DNA of 63,965 bases, counting the filler, from Globobulimina sp. (lineage: Eukaryota), in the NCBI GenBank assembly GCA_003354225.1. It is 30 parts of 30 records of this genome, joined end to end, with 100 filler letters (N's around TTAATTAATTAA, not from the genome) between each part and the next. Parts side by side here need not be neighbours in the genome. Positions count along the whole stretch, not along the records: positions 21,367 to 23,402 come from PIVH01009550.1; positions 23,503 to 25,538 come from PIVH01009551.1; positions 25,639 to 27,674 come from PIVH01009552.1; positions 27,775 to 29,810 come from PIVH01009553.1; positions 29,911 to 31,946 come from PIVH01009554.1; positions 32,047 to 34,081 come from PIVH01009555.1; positions 34,182 to 36,216 come from PIVH01009556.1; 23 more parts are not named here. One strand, 5' to 3'. The notes beneath the pieces are model-generated. The model had not been told where the DNA came from. It was given only the letters and a program-made list of their open reading frames with translations, and did not search any database. This document shows positions 22,590-34,400 of the stretch, in pieces. Position numbers and translations under genes: made by a program. The number at the start of each line of letters is the position of its first letter. Position 1 is the stretch's first letter.

Positions 22590-23402
22590 TCATTTGCCAG
22601 ACATAGAATTGGAATTTACTCTCGCATAGAATTCATCCAACACTGTCTGTGATTGTGGTCTTGCTTTGCATTTATGCGCATATCTAAACTCACCACCTAG
22701 CACATCTTGATCTAATTCATCCATTTTTGCCCAGCTGGCTCTCAAAAAATTCTTATTCCACAACACAATGAGCCAAAATATATGCGTTACCACCCAGATC
22801 AGGCCAAATATGCATCCAATCCATTTCTCAATTTCATAGCGCATGGCAACACTCCATCGATCCAAACCACTCAATGCATTCTCCGCAATCAATGTGATTA
22901 ACATTACAAAGCCAAACAATAAATAATAATCCATTATGGTTAAATAAGTGACTTTGGGCAATTGTTCGGTAATCACATACTTAAACACCACTGCAGTTAA
23001 CATCAAAGTGACTGTCACGGCCAACCGTTCCTCTATAAATCTTGAATCTGAGTCATCGATTGGTATTGCTAACGAACTAAAAGCAGCAAAGCAAATCAAT
23101 GCATTTGGCAATATTATACTACTAAAATAATATCCTACTAAGCGCTCAACGCGTAAACGTATTTTTAATGGCTGTTGACACGAAAAATCAACCCACGGCG
23201 TTTTCAGTCCATATTCTGTGATTGACGAACTTTAATATAAATGTTTTTATATGTTTGGTTATGCGAAAACGCGCATATATGTATACGATGAGTTAATATA
23301 ACATAAAATGTAACTTACAGCATACGAACAGCAAACGGTTTCCTATATTTTGTCTGTGTGACCCATTCTGGTGGATTTAATATCCAATTCCAATTAAAAC
23401 GC
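22590..23402 (-). CDS. Pentameric ligand-gated ion channel (protist type), TM region, 5' partial
   Basis: LRVERLVGYYFSNIILP (pre-M1), EERLAVTVTLMLTAVVFK (M2), LPKVTYLTIMDYY (M2-M3). Confidence 0.88.
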
Positions 23403-23502
23403 NNNNNNNNNNNNNNNNNNNNNNNNNNNNNNNNNNNNNNNNNNNNTTAATTAATTAANNNNNNNNNNNNNNNNNNNNNNNNNNNNNNNNNNNNNNNNNN
23501 NN

Positions 23503-25538
23503 TAATGGAGTAGAAATAACTGAAGTATTATGTTTTGAGGTAGATAAATTATTTAAATGTTATAATCCAACCGTGGAACAAATATTATTTGAGGAGATAG
23601 ACTATAATAATAATGATGAATATCTCAACATTGGTTATCAGAACAAAACAAATTATATTAATAATGAACCATGTAAGGGAGGGCAGAGAAGGTGTGGAAG
23701 ATTTATTGAATGTGCAGTTGATGTTCAACCGCAAGATGTAGTGTGGACAGCTGAAGCAGGGCCGTATGCATTTTACGCAACCAATGGACCCGTATGTCAT
23801 AATATTCCTTTTGTTGCCACTCGACACATATACATAGTTTACGTTGTTATTTACAGGATGTCGAACCTTGGTGTCACAATCCAGATAGAAGTATGAATGT
23901 CCGATTATCTGTGAGTTGTTCGTCCATTCCTTCAATTTGCAAAACTTTTACATATTCCTGGCAATGTTTCCATGGAAAAGTTGGTTGTAATGACAGTGAA
24001 TTTGATGGAAATGGTAAAATAAAAATGGATGTTGGATCTTATCAATTTAATACGAGCATTTATATAAAAAAGAAGCAAATAATAATAGAAGGAGAGGGAA
24101 TGAATAAAACTGTGTTACATCACACTGCTACAAATAACACCGTTATTTCTTGTTATTTCAGGCAATGTTATTTGACATTATCTCATTTATCATATTGTGT
24201 ACAATCACCATTATCAACAACTGCTTTAATCACAGCAAATAATTATGCAAATCTTAAGTTTTATTCTGTATATTTTCTGAATGATAATGATAAGAATAAT
24301 TCATTGCATTTTAGATTTTCAGATCATTGTAAGGTTCAGTTTGTAAATTGTATATTTGAGACACAAGCATTTCAATGGAATATTAGCGATAAAGCTGTTG
24401 TCTCATTTACAAACTGCTCCTTTCTGCATATTAATACTAACAATAATAAGCAAACAGACTCACTGTTTGTCATTGAAAATGCAGATTTACGCGTATCACA
24501 ATCAGTGTTTGCTGGAATTAATAACTTATTCTCCATCTTAAAAAGTGGAAATCAATCAAATGTACAAATTGAAGATTCAAACTTTATTAATAATAATGAC
24601 AACCAATACATTTGGTATTGCATTGCCACAAATGCAACATTGACAAATACGCCAATCAATAACACCAATAATTGCATAAATGATTGTTTTTCATTTATTG
24701 ATTCAGATTTATGGATTGATAATGTATCCGCATCATATAACATGACAACATTTGGACACAGCTTACAAAACGATGCATATGTATACAATGAGTTATTTGC
24801 CTGGGATTTTACGCCAGAAACAATACAAAAAAATATTCAATTTGTACATTTTGGAGCAGATAATGGCACAGTAACATTGATGCCATGTCATCCATTTGAT
24901 TCCGAACAAGTAATCGAGACAGAGTTTGCAGCGATTGCATCATCATTTGAACCAACACATACATACAATACAACAGGTTCATTTTATAAAGAATCATTAT
25001 TTTGTCATAATAACTCTTTATGTTTCGTCCAATGCATATCACAAACATTCCCATGTTTTGGCTCACATTTTATTGTCAATAATTCACTGATATCCTTATT
25101 TGAGTGTTCGACGGTGTCTTCATGTCAAGATAATATTATTGATATAGTTGGATCGAGCATTGCTGCCATTTTATGCGACGAGACATCTTCCTGTGAACAA
25201 ATGATGATAAATGCAGAATATGCAAAGCAATTAACAGTAGAATGTATTAAGACTGATTCGTGCATAGATATGCAAATAACTGTCACCAACTGTACGAATG
25301 TTGTGATTAAATGTTACGGAATGCATTCTTGTGATGGTTTAACAATTTGGAGTTCTTCAAATGATATATCATTGTTTCTGCAGTCGTTTAGTGAAAATAT
25401 ATTAGTGATTGTCCCATCACGTTTTAATAAAACACATTTACATTGCAATGAGGAAGATGCGTATTTATCTGTGGATGGTGACGATATAAATATGAATAAT
25501 AATTTGGATGATTTATTTGGCGGTGTTATGCCCTGCCA
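23503..25538 (+). CDS. Large extracellular protein with beta-helix (pectin-lyase-like) and Cys-rich repeats, partial; intron 23792-23856
   Basis: IIIEGEG..KT, repeated F.NC.F strands, later CxxxxSC repeats. The intron joins the ORFs in frame. Confidence 0.7.
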
Positions 25539-25918
25539 NNNNNNNNNNNNNNNNNNNNNNNNNNNNNNNNNNNNNNNNNNNNTTAATTAATTAANNNNNN
25601 NNNNNNNNNNNNNNNNNNNNNNNNNNNNNNNNNNNNNNCAAAAAAAATTGTTTTCTACACAGCTTTGCCTTCGAATAACTAATCAACGAAGGCGTTAGAT
25701 TATCACGGTGGGGTAGATTCCTCCACGAATAATAACAATGATCCAAGGATCTGCAATCTGCCAACTTACGAAATAATTTCATTGTGTTGGTTTTAATGTG
25801 ATTATTCATGATGCCGTGGTGTAACCAGACCTAAATAGTGCCACTAAATTCGCGTCTAAACGTTGCAAGAACAGTATATAGAGCGATATATTTAGGGCGA
25901 GTGACAATATTTATTTAG

Positions 25919-27499
25919 GTAAGTAGTAAGGTGTTTGTTTCTAGGAAAGCACGTTATTTCGTGTTGTATGACGACCGGACAGTCGATTATTTTAAACTGA
26001 AATGGCATTCCACCCAACGGAATAAAGCCAAAGGAACCATCCATTTAACTCAAATCAAAAGAGTTGAGTTGGTGCGGTATGATGATAACAAAAGTAATAC
26101 TCAATTAAAGCACAGTTCTGAGTGCTTCCCCGATACAGTCATCTCTTCCAACTCACCACCACCGGATTATAATAAATCGAAATCAATGTCAGATTTAAAA
26201 GCTGAACGACATAGAATCTCGCCGCCATTACATCGCAAGACAAGCGACTCGTTACTATTCGAATCAAAGCAGAGATGGAGCAGTCTGGGAGCTGGCTGTT
26301 GTTTACATGATTATGATTTGGATTATGACGTTATCTCTTCCTCGATACACAACAATCCAGTCACTCCCAGAGACGCCTATGACGTTTTTCATATTATCCG
26401 AAACGGTACGAAATTAGGCTTAAAATGCGACGCCAAATACGCATTTGCCTTAATCTCAGGGCGCAGAAAATGGATCTTAGCGGCCGAGAATAATAATTCA
26501 TTGAAGAAATGGGTGACCAAATTGCATAAATTATGTCAAGGGACGCAAGTATATGACGGGTATCTGAATGGCAATAAATATTTTCGTTTGTATAAGAATA
26601 AAGTATTAAATTGCTATGATAGCAAGAGTTGGAATATTGAATTTGATATCGATCTGCGACATATATTATATATCAAATATGATTGTTACATTCAAATAGA
26701 AATTGCTGTTCAACAGAGGGAGAAAAATATTGTATTAATTTCGGACACCATAATGATTGCAAATGAGTGGTATAATAAAATTGTATCATTGTTTAAGAAA
26801 GTAATCAACAAAAAAATATATGATTCTTTTGTGGAGAATATTAATATTATTCATAATGGGCAACAATTAAAGCATCGACATATTGCAATGTACGGCGAAT
26901 ATATTGTGATTTTTAACGATGAAAACCAGTTTACTTTGTGGGAAAATATGCAGTTTTTCAATAAGGCCATTTTTAGGGACTATATAAGGAAAAGTAAATG
27001 TATTCTTGTGCCAATCAATAAAAATATTAAAGTCCGGAAAGCATCCAAAAATCACGGAAAGTATGCGTTTTTGGTGTCTAATGCGGATGGAGAGAGGAAA
27101 TGGTATTTTAGTCTCAGAAACAAAGAGATTCTATGGAATTGGATGCAATTATTATGTACAAAGACGAATAATAAAAAACCACGCTCATTGAGTCGTAACA
27201 ATTATAATAGTAATTATTATCATGATACTATGATAGAATCGACGTTATCGCATGAAAAAGAAGAGAAAAACCATCGCTTTCAATTCCCTGTAAATAAAAT
27301 TAAGCGAAAAAAATCAAAGTCAAAATCAAAACAAATGTTTCCGTCATTGCCACCGATATTAGACGATCATCCATCAACTGAAGCATTTAAAATGAGTCCC
27401 ATTGCAGGCAATGATTCATATAAATCGTCGCCAAGCATGGATAGTTTTGCAAGCTCAGATTTTTCAGACAATCATGATTCGGAATTTCTATATATATGA
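25919..27499 (+). CDS. Multi-PH-domain protein (last exon)
   Basis: KARYFVL..RTVDYFK...KGTIHL, YAFALIS.RRKWILAA...KKWV, plus two further PH-like C-terminal W-helices. Confidence 0.85.
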   Translation, partial: VSSKVFVSRKARYFVLYDDRTVDYFKLKWHSTQRNKAKGTIHLTQIKRVELVRYDDNKSNTQLKHSSECFPDTVISSNSPPPDYNKSKSMSDLKAERHRISPPLHRKTSDSLLFESKQRWSSLGAGCCLHDYDLDYDVISSSIHNNPVTPRDAYDVFHIIRNGTKLGLKCDAKYAFALISGRRKWILAAENNNSLKKWVTKLHKLCQGTQVYDGYLNGNKYFRLYKNKVLNCYDSKSWNIEFDIDLRHILYIKYDCYIQIEIAVQQREKNIVLISDTIMIANEWYNKIVSLFKKVINKKIYDSFVENINIIHNGQQLKHRHIAMYGEYIVIFNDENQFTLWENMQFFNKAIFRDYIRKSKCILVPINKNIKVRKASKNHGKYAFLVSNADGERKWYFSLRNKEILWNWMQLLCTKTNNKKPRSLSRNNYNSNYYHDTMIESTLSHEKEEKNHRFQFPVNKIKRKKSKSKSKQMFPSLPPILDDHPSTEAFKMSPIAGNDSYKSSPSMDSFASSDFSDNHDSEFLYI

Positions 27500-28010
27500 A
27501 AAGAAATATAAATATATAAATAAATACCAATTTTTTGTTGTTTAATGTTTTGTATTGTTTCTGTATGTATCTCCATTGTCAATTCAGTTATGTATAAATT
27601 TTTTTCTTTTTTTTCCCACTGCTTTTTGTTTTTTTTGTGGTTTATTAATTAATTATGTGTTGTGTTTGTTGTTTNNNNNNNNNNNNNNNNNNNNNNNNNN
27701 NNNNNNNNNNNNNNNNNNTTAATTAATTAANNNNNNNNNNNNNNNNNNNNNNNNNNNNNNNNNNNNNNNNNNNNGTTGTTCAATATGCATGCATAATGCT
27801 GGCATATTAGATTTGGTGCAGCCAGCTCTTAGACAACATTTTGAACATGTTACTCGAATGTTCAACCCACAATTTTAAAACCCCTGAGAAAGTGTCCACA
27901 CTCTTGTTATTAGTTTCAAATATATATAGTGTTTGTTGGTCCTAAATGATAAGTCAGTTTCCTCAACGCTTTTTTTAATTTTTAGTATTCGGAAATCCAA
28001 AGAAGCAAAA

Positions 28011-29810
28011 ATGTCAATGTCAAAAAACAATACCAATAATAACATCAATGAAAACAATAATTATTCGATTAATACCGATCGTCGTCGTCATCAGCAACAA
28101 CACGATATCGATAAAAAAAGAGAATATAATGAACGTGACTCACATCATCAACATTCTCATAGAGATCATCGGGATCACCGAGACCACAGAGACCACAGAG
28201 ACCATCACAGGGAGCACCGTGACCGTCATAGGGATCACCATCGAGATCATGACAGGTATAATAGTCGCCATACTCATAGTAGTCATCACCATTCCCGTCA
28301 TAGTACACATAATAATAATAATAATAATATTGATAACAGTGAACCAAATGGTAATTATTCAACATTCCCTACGAATAATTATCATGCACAAAACGATCGT
28401 CATCCATTTTCAAACCATAACCGCAATGACCATCATAATGACCGTCCTAATGACCGACCACAAAATTACCAAAACAATAAGAATAATGATAATTCGTTGG
28501 ATGATGAAGACAATTTTTCATGGAAGAAAAAACAAAGAAGTCATTACGATCCAGGTATGACATTTTATAAATTTATCATCAAACATTGAACCAATTGCAA
28601 ACCACTCGTTATATCTCATACCGGTAAATATGTCATGATCAATTATGTATAAATACATTGTATTTGTAATGTGCTGTTAAGGATCACCGGGGCCGCCACT
28701 TAAAAAAAGGAAAATAAATCATGGCTCAGAAAAGGAAAAAGAAAAAGAAAGTGGAAAATATAAATTAGTCGTCGCTGAATATGAGGCGACATCGAGAATG
28801 CATTGCGAAATACCAATAATTCTAACTATAACACGCAATATTTTGATATTGAGATCGATGAAGAGAAGCGAAGAAAACGTATGCAACGATTTGGTACCAC
28901 ATTACCAATACATCCATCTCATTCTCATCCATCTCACCAACAATATCATCATAACAATAATCCGAATCCGAATCCGAATCGGGATCGGGATCGGAAGCAT
29001 AAACATAATAATAATCAGAAGCGAAGAGACAACCACAGCGATAATAATCGGTATAATGACAGACATAATAATAATAATAATAATAATAACCGGCGGTTTA
29101 ATAGGAATAATTATCAACGAAATCGACATAGAAATAATAATAATAATCACAATAAAACAGATTTACGTATGTCGCCGCAATATGATAGCGACGGGAATCA
29201 GAAAATGTCATTCGCTGTTTATCAAATCCGGAATAATAAATTTGATGAAATGGCTCGGAAACAACAACAAGAAAAACAACAAAAAAAAGAAGAAAAAAGG
29301 ATGGAAAAATTAAAAATTAGACAGAAACAAAAAAGAATTCTACATGAAGAAAAAAAGAAAAATAACACCGTAAAAGTAAAACAGGTACGTTTTTTTTATA
29401 TATTGATTGTAAGGTAATTTTCGCGGATTATATAAAAAATATGCTATGCGAAAATTACTTTGCCTCTATAGTCAAAAAAAAAAACTTTGCTTTACAGAGT
29501 GAAAAAAGTGAATCTGATACGGATAAAGATATCGACGGATCATTTTCAGACGTTCGATTATCGGCAATTTCATCGTGTTCATCGTCCGCAGATAATGATA
29601 TTGAAAAATTTCTAAATGAGAATGATAACATCGATATCGAATCCAACTTAACTGAAAAGCCATTATTTTTAGTTTGTGCCAATGACGGATGGAATATGGT
29701 GCTAAACGACACAAACCGGCGATCATTTGGCGGTTACAAAGCAAATCCATTTAGTAAAAAAGAGTTAGATTTGTGGTGGAATTTGATGACAGATTCGAAT
29801 GGTTTGTCGG
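28011..29810 (+). CDS. Multi-exon protein with long H/R/D/N low-complexity regions, 3' partial
   Basis: (RDH)n and poly-N tracts. GT-AG introns near 28555-28682 and 29385-29472 link the ORFs. Confidence 0.7.
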
Positions 29811-30286
29811 NNNNNNNNNNNNNNNNNNNNNNNNNNNNNNNNNNNNNNNNNNNNTTAATTAATTAANNNNNNNNNNNNNNNNNNNNNNNNNNNNNNNNNN
29901 NNNNNNNNNNTATTAGACTACTGCCAATTAAGTTCGGAGGTTAAACATTCGAAAACCCATCTTTGTTTACTACCGAAGGGCTTTAGCTGCAAGCGTTCCA
30001 AAAAGTGATTCTTGTCCCTTTGGAACATCTATCAACAGATATACATTCAAAAATTCATTTCAAAATTACCTCTTACATTAAATTATTATACTCATAAACA
30101 CCCATAAAAGGCATGGGGATTCCATAATATAGCATAATATATATATATATATATCCTTGCATGTTATATAATTGTTTGTTTGATATTTTATGAAAAATAT
30201 ATATGTTTTTTTTATATATAAAATTACAGAGTATACAAACATATACAACAGAAACACAAACAAAAACAAAAACACAAATAATAAAA

Positions 30287-30350
30287 TGTGATGATTGGGA
30301 TTTGAACCCAAATCTTCTTTAAATAGATGCTTTCCTTAAGCCATCATCAC
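30287..30350 (-). ncRNA. 64-nt tRNA-like cloverleaf (no variable region), copy 1
   Basis: GTGATGA/TCATCAC-A acceptor, GCTT/AAGC D stem, ATCT/AGAT central stem, TTGGG-TTCAAAT-CCCAA T arm, followed by TTTT. Confidence 0.7.
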
Positions 30351-31946
30351 AATAAATTAGACGCCGTATGGCATAATGGAAATAACCACAATAATTCATT
30401 AATTTTGTCTGTATATTGAGAACCCACTGCATTTGCAAGATTGCAGGCTTCAATTTTATCAGTGTTCAAATCAAATAACATAAATTCATCAGTATCGCCA
30501 TATGTAAATTTAGGATAACGTTCAGAGTTAATGGTATCATTTCCATTTAATGCTTCTAAACATTCTGATTTATACAATGTGTTTGCTGTTCCCTCATCAA
30601 TTATAAATTGTGGCTAATACCACTCATCAAAAAACGCATGGTTTGGTATTGTATACTTATTATTTCCATATCCCGTCCATGTATTTGTAACATTTGGTTT
30701 GAACCAAATGCAAAGTTATCACCACACATTCTCATGTTAATTAATTCTGTGCGTTGTTCATAATTTGAGACACACGCTTCGTTACAATTACATTTGATAT
30801 CCTGCCATATTTGTAAACTGTTATGGTTACTATCTGAGGTATCATTGCTTATATTTGCGATCTCTGTCAATATATTGGCGCATATTTTGTGGAACAGAAA
30901 TGTGGAGCTTTGGCCCTGTTTTGTGGAACTAGCTTTGTGAGCAAGTCAAACTAATTGTATGTAGTTTTGCGGAACATATTTTTATTAAAAATTAAATCAT
31001 ACTCATTCTTAACATAAACAGCAATATTCCAATCACCTTCAAACAAATCAGTACTATCCAAAACACGCAATAATTGGTTCTCAATCAAATAACTTTTATT
31101 ATTACTTAAATTACTAACTGTTGAACAGTTGATAATGTCATCTTCATTTATAATTATCCATAATATAAAATCTTTTGCTTGAAAATCCAAATTAATTTGT
31201 CTGTGTCCTGATGAATTGAAATGAAAAACAATAATATCATTATCTAAATCAACGTTAAATATAAGGTCCAATAAATCAATATCTTCAACTTCTTCTTTAT
31301 CATTATCAGGATAATGAGTTTCATATTGAGCGCCATTAAAAAGTTTCAATTTTGTTTGTTGTTGAATTGTATAATTAAGATCGTCAATAAACGTACGAAA
31401 TAATTGAATTTAATTGTAATTCTCTTGTGTAATACCGATATTATGTAATGAGTCCATATAAATATTTAAATCAATGCAATTTTTACTTATCATATCACGA
31501 ATAATAATTCCAGTAATATACAGCAATGAATTTGGTTCTGTTTTCATATAATTTAAAACTATAAATCTATTTAACTGTGGAATATTGAATATAATTTGGA
31601 AAAAGCCTGATAGCGATGAATAACTGAGGCCACATAAACTGTTATTTATTTTTTTACTATATATTATAAATAAAATTATTTTTCTATATGCTTTAATATA
31701 CAAACTAAACTTTATTCGACAAGTAATGCAATAAATTGTGTTAATAATTGATTTTTCACCAAATTTGTCAATTTCATCCATCGAATCCATAAAAATTAAT
31801 GCGTTCAATTGCATCAATTCACTGCAAATACCACACATCCAAAGCTTGCTTTCATTGTTACTAAAAAACTGCATATTATCGCCCAAAACACATTTCTTAT
31901 GATACTTAATACGGCAATTTGAACAATCAAATAATACATTAGATTA
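30347..31946 (-). pseudogene. Disrupted ORF (in-frame stop at 31410, frameshifts); weak resemblance to a USP/C19 protease
   Basis: Consecutive ORF pieces 31410-31886, 30951-31349, 30601-30870 and 30347-30577. FQIIFNIPQLNRF resembles the USP post-Cys-box helix. Confidence 0.55.
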
Positions 31947-32046
31947 NNNNNNNNNNNNNNNNNNNNNNNNNNNNNNNNNNNNNNNNNNNNTTAATTAATT
32001 AANNNNNNNNNNNNNNNNNNNNNNNNNNNNNNNNNNNNNNNNNNNN

Positions 32047-34081
32047 TATTTTTTCTCCATTATCGTTCTTCCAAGATGCTACTCCTCTTTCTTGAAGCTG
32101 TACATATTCTCTCTCTCTTTCGGCATTTGTTGCCATTGCGGCGATGTACTGATCAATTGTGCCGCTTACCATCTCTCCGGTTGCTTTCGACCATGCTGCT
32201 GCTCCTTCCAATGGTACAGCTTCTTCTTCTAGTCCAAGGGTAGCCAACCATTGTCCTCTGGTTGGTACTGTATGTTCCACACCTTCTGGTTCTGCTGGTT
32301 CTTCAACCATTGGTCTCTCTGCCGGTGCAATACGTCTTCTATTACGTCTCATTAGTGTTCCGATGTCAATAACACGATTACCGGCAATTGTTACTTCTGG
32401 TTCAGCCACCACTGCTAACATGTTGCCCAATGTTTGCTGATAGTAGTCTCTTGTCTCTGGTGTAAAATGAGGCCACTTACCTGGCAATACTAATGTCAAT
32501 GCAGTCCCAGATGCTATTGTCTCTTTCAATTGTTGACGCACCGCTGCTTCTTCCTGGAGATTACCGACCGTTTGTGTACCCGTTTCCATGCGTTGAGTTC
32601 GGACACGTCGATTTCTTGCACCTTCTTTGATCCGTTGAATATTTTGTAAATCACGTGGCGACAAATGATCGGAGTCCTCGTCACTTTCTTCACCATTCTG
32701 TTGAAGTCCCGACATGTCTGGCCATGCAGCTGCAAAACTCGTTGATGTGCATTTAGCACGAGGTTTTCCCAATGAATGTTGTTGGCCATACAGTGACATT
32801 GTTGCGTTCACAAAATTGATTTGCACTTGGTGAGTTTCCAACCAATCCAACCCGAAAATGAGCAATGGTAGTCGTCGGTCATCGGGTACAACATGTACAG
32901 TTTGTTCAAATTTCAGGTCACCAATAGCAAAAGACAATACAATTTTGCCCAAGATGTTTATGTTCCCCCCAAAACCAGACATTACTTTATGATGGCATTT
33001 ACGTATGTTAGACAAACTAATACCAATAAATTTCAGTACAGACACCTGTGCAATGCTAAGTCCAGAACCAGTGTCAGCCAATGCTGCCACTCTACATACC
33101 CTGATGTGTTCCTTTAGTAAACAAATGGCCATTTCCATGGGTTGTAATAATATAACTAACTTAGGGTCTACCTCCCCTTCAGGCACAACAGTCAACACTA
33201 TTGCATCCAGCGTCTCGGTATCCAATCGATTTGGCCGGACTGTACGTAGTTCAGGTACGGGAGACACAAGTTCATTGGTCACCCAAGTTTCCTCGGTGTC
33301 CAATTCACTCGACTCTTGGGGTTCAGATCGATCACAGAACGTAGTTGATTGGGATGCAGGCGGTTTAGGTACCCATACAGGTTGGTTACTGATAGTTTTA
33401 CACCTCTTATTATTATTGACACTCTCAACTGCTGTATGTACTTCACCTACTGCCCCCAATGGTTCGCCAGTCATTCTGGCAAAACATACCCCAAAATTGT
33501 CAATTGGTCGGATTGTCTCATTCACATTACTTGAAGTTACACGTTTGTGCACGACTGATGCTTCTAATCGTTCTAACTCCTTTTTACACATAATCTCTAA
33601 CGTTGGTGTTATCCAATCATATTCCTCTGGTTCCCCTCTTTCTTTATAGTATACCCAATTATCATAGGCCTCTAAGATACAATAGGAATGTGGAACATCG
33701 CAACTCGGTATCAAAAACTCTGGTAAATTATCAAAAGTTCCCATTGGGAACGATTGACCTGTTTTTATCGCAAATTGATGTAAATACTCAGAGTACTGTA
33801 ATGGACCTAATACCTTACAATAATCCAATTCCTGGTAATCCCATTGAATATTGTCGATTTCTTCTTTTGTTGTTGCGATTTCTGATTGTTGATCGGCTGT
33901 TATTGTGGCATTGATAACCAATGATTGTGGAGCTGGTTCTCTTATTGCAGTTTGATCACTACCCGCTGTATCTTTTTCAGGGCAATTTGGCCTCCAATGA
34001 CCTGTCTTGCCACATGTGTGGCAGACATACCCTTGACCAGATGTACCTCTTTGTCGTTGCGGTCTGCTGGGTCCAAATGAA
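32047..34081 (-). mobile_element. Ty3/gypsy-like LTR retrotransposon gag (CCHC knuckle)-aspartic protease fragment
   Basis: One open frame with CHTCGKTGHWRPNC, ALADTGSGLS and LIFGLDWLETHQVQINF. No RT within the contig. Confidence 0.88.
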
Positions 34082-34181
34082 NNNNNNNNNNNNNNNNNNN
34101 NNNNNNNNNNNNNNNNNNNNNNNNNTTAATTAATTAANNNNNNNNNNNNNNNNNNNNNNNNNNNNNNNNNNNNNNNNNNNN

Positions 34182-34400
34182 ACTTTCCAACCTCCAGAAT
34201 CAGTGAAGAAACGTCTCACTTTCCAACCTCCAGAATCAGTGAAGAAACGTCTCACTTTCCAACCTCTAGAATCAGTGAAGAAATGTCTCACTTTCCAACC
34301 TCCAGAATCAGTGAAGAAATGTCTCACATTAAAGAGGTAACTCCAACCCCCGAAATCAGTGAAGAAACGTCTCAAATTAAAGAGCCAGCTCCATCGCACA
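34182..34400 (+). repeat. 36-bp coding tandem repeat (HFPTSRISEETS)
   Basis: ACTTTCCAACCTCCAGAATCAGTGAAGAAACGTCTC x4, plus degenerate copies. Confidence 0.92.

Larger units (their letters stand above)
29912..31946 (-). mobile_element. Partial copy of a TIR DNA element homologous to 36477-38136
   Basis: ATTAGACTACTGCCAATTA matches the TIR of contig 18. Colinear similarity runs over ~440 bp up to and including the tRNA-like structure. Confidence 0.7.

Noticed and set aside
25924-25930. TAGTAAG as another promoter-motif instance, or a 26-nt intron
   Set aside because: Reads in frame as VSSKVFVSRK at the start of the PH domain after a 3' splice site, so it is probably coding.
28048-29313. Ile-rich 'membrane protein' ORFs
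   Set aside because: Alternate frames of AAT/CAT low-complexity repeats.
30287-30350. Calling the cloverleaf a canonical tRNA-Leu or tRNA-Phe
   Set aside because: No position 26 or variable region, an A-A mismatch closing the anticodon stem, and different anticodons in the two copies.
30347-31886. Stop-codon reassignment or suppression explaining the broken ORF
   Set aside because: Frameshifts occur as well as stops, and other contigs use TAA/TAG/TGA as normal stops. The tRNA mimic does not fold with a suppressor anticodon.
34182-34400. 36-bp repeats as a CRISPR array
   Set aside because: Head-to-tail with no spacers, in frame within a CDS.
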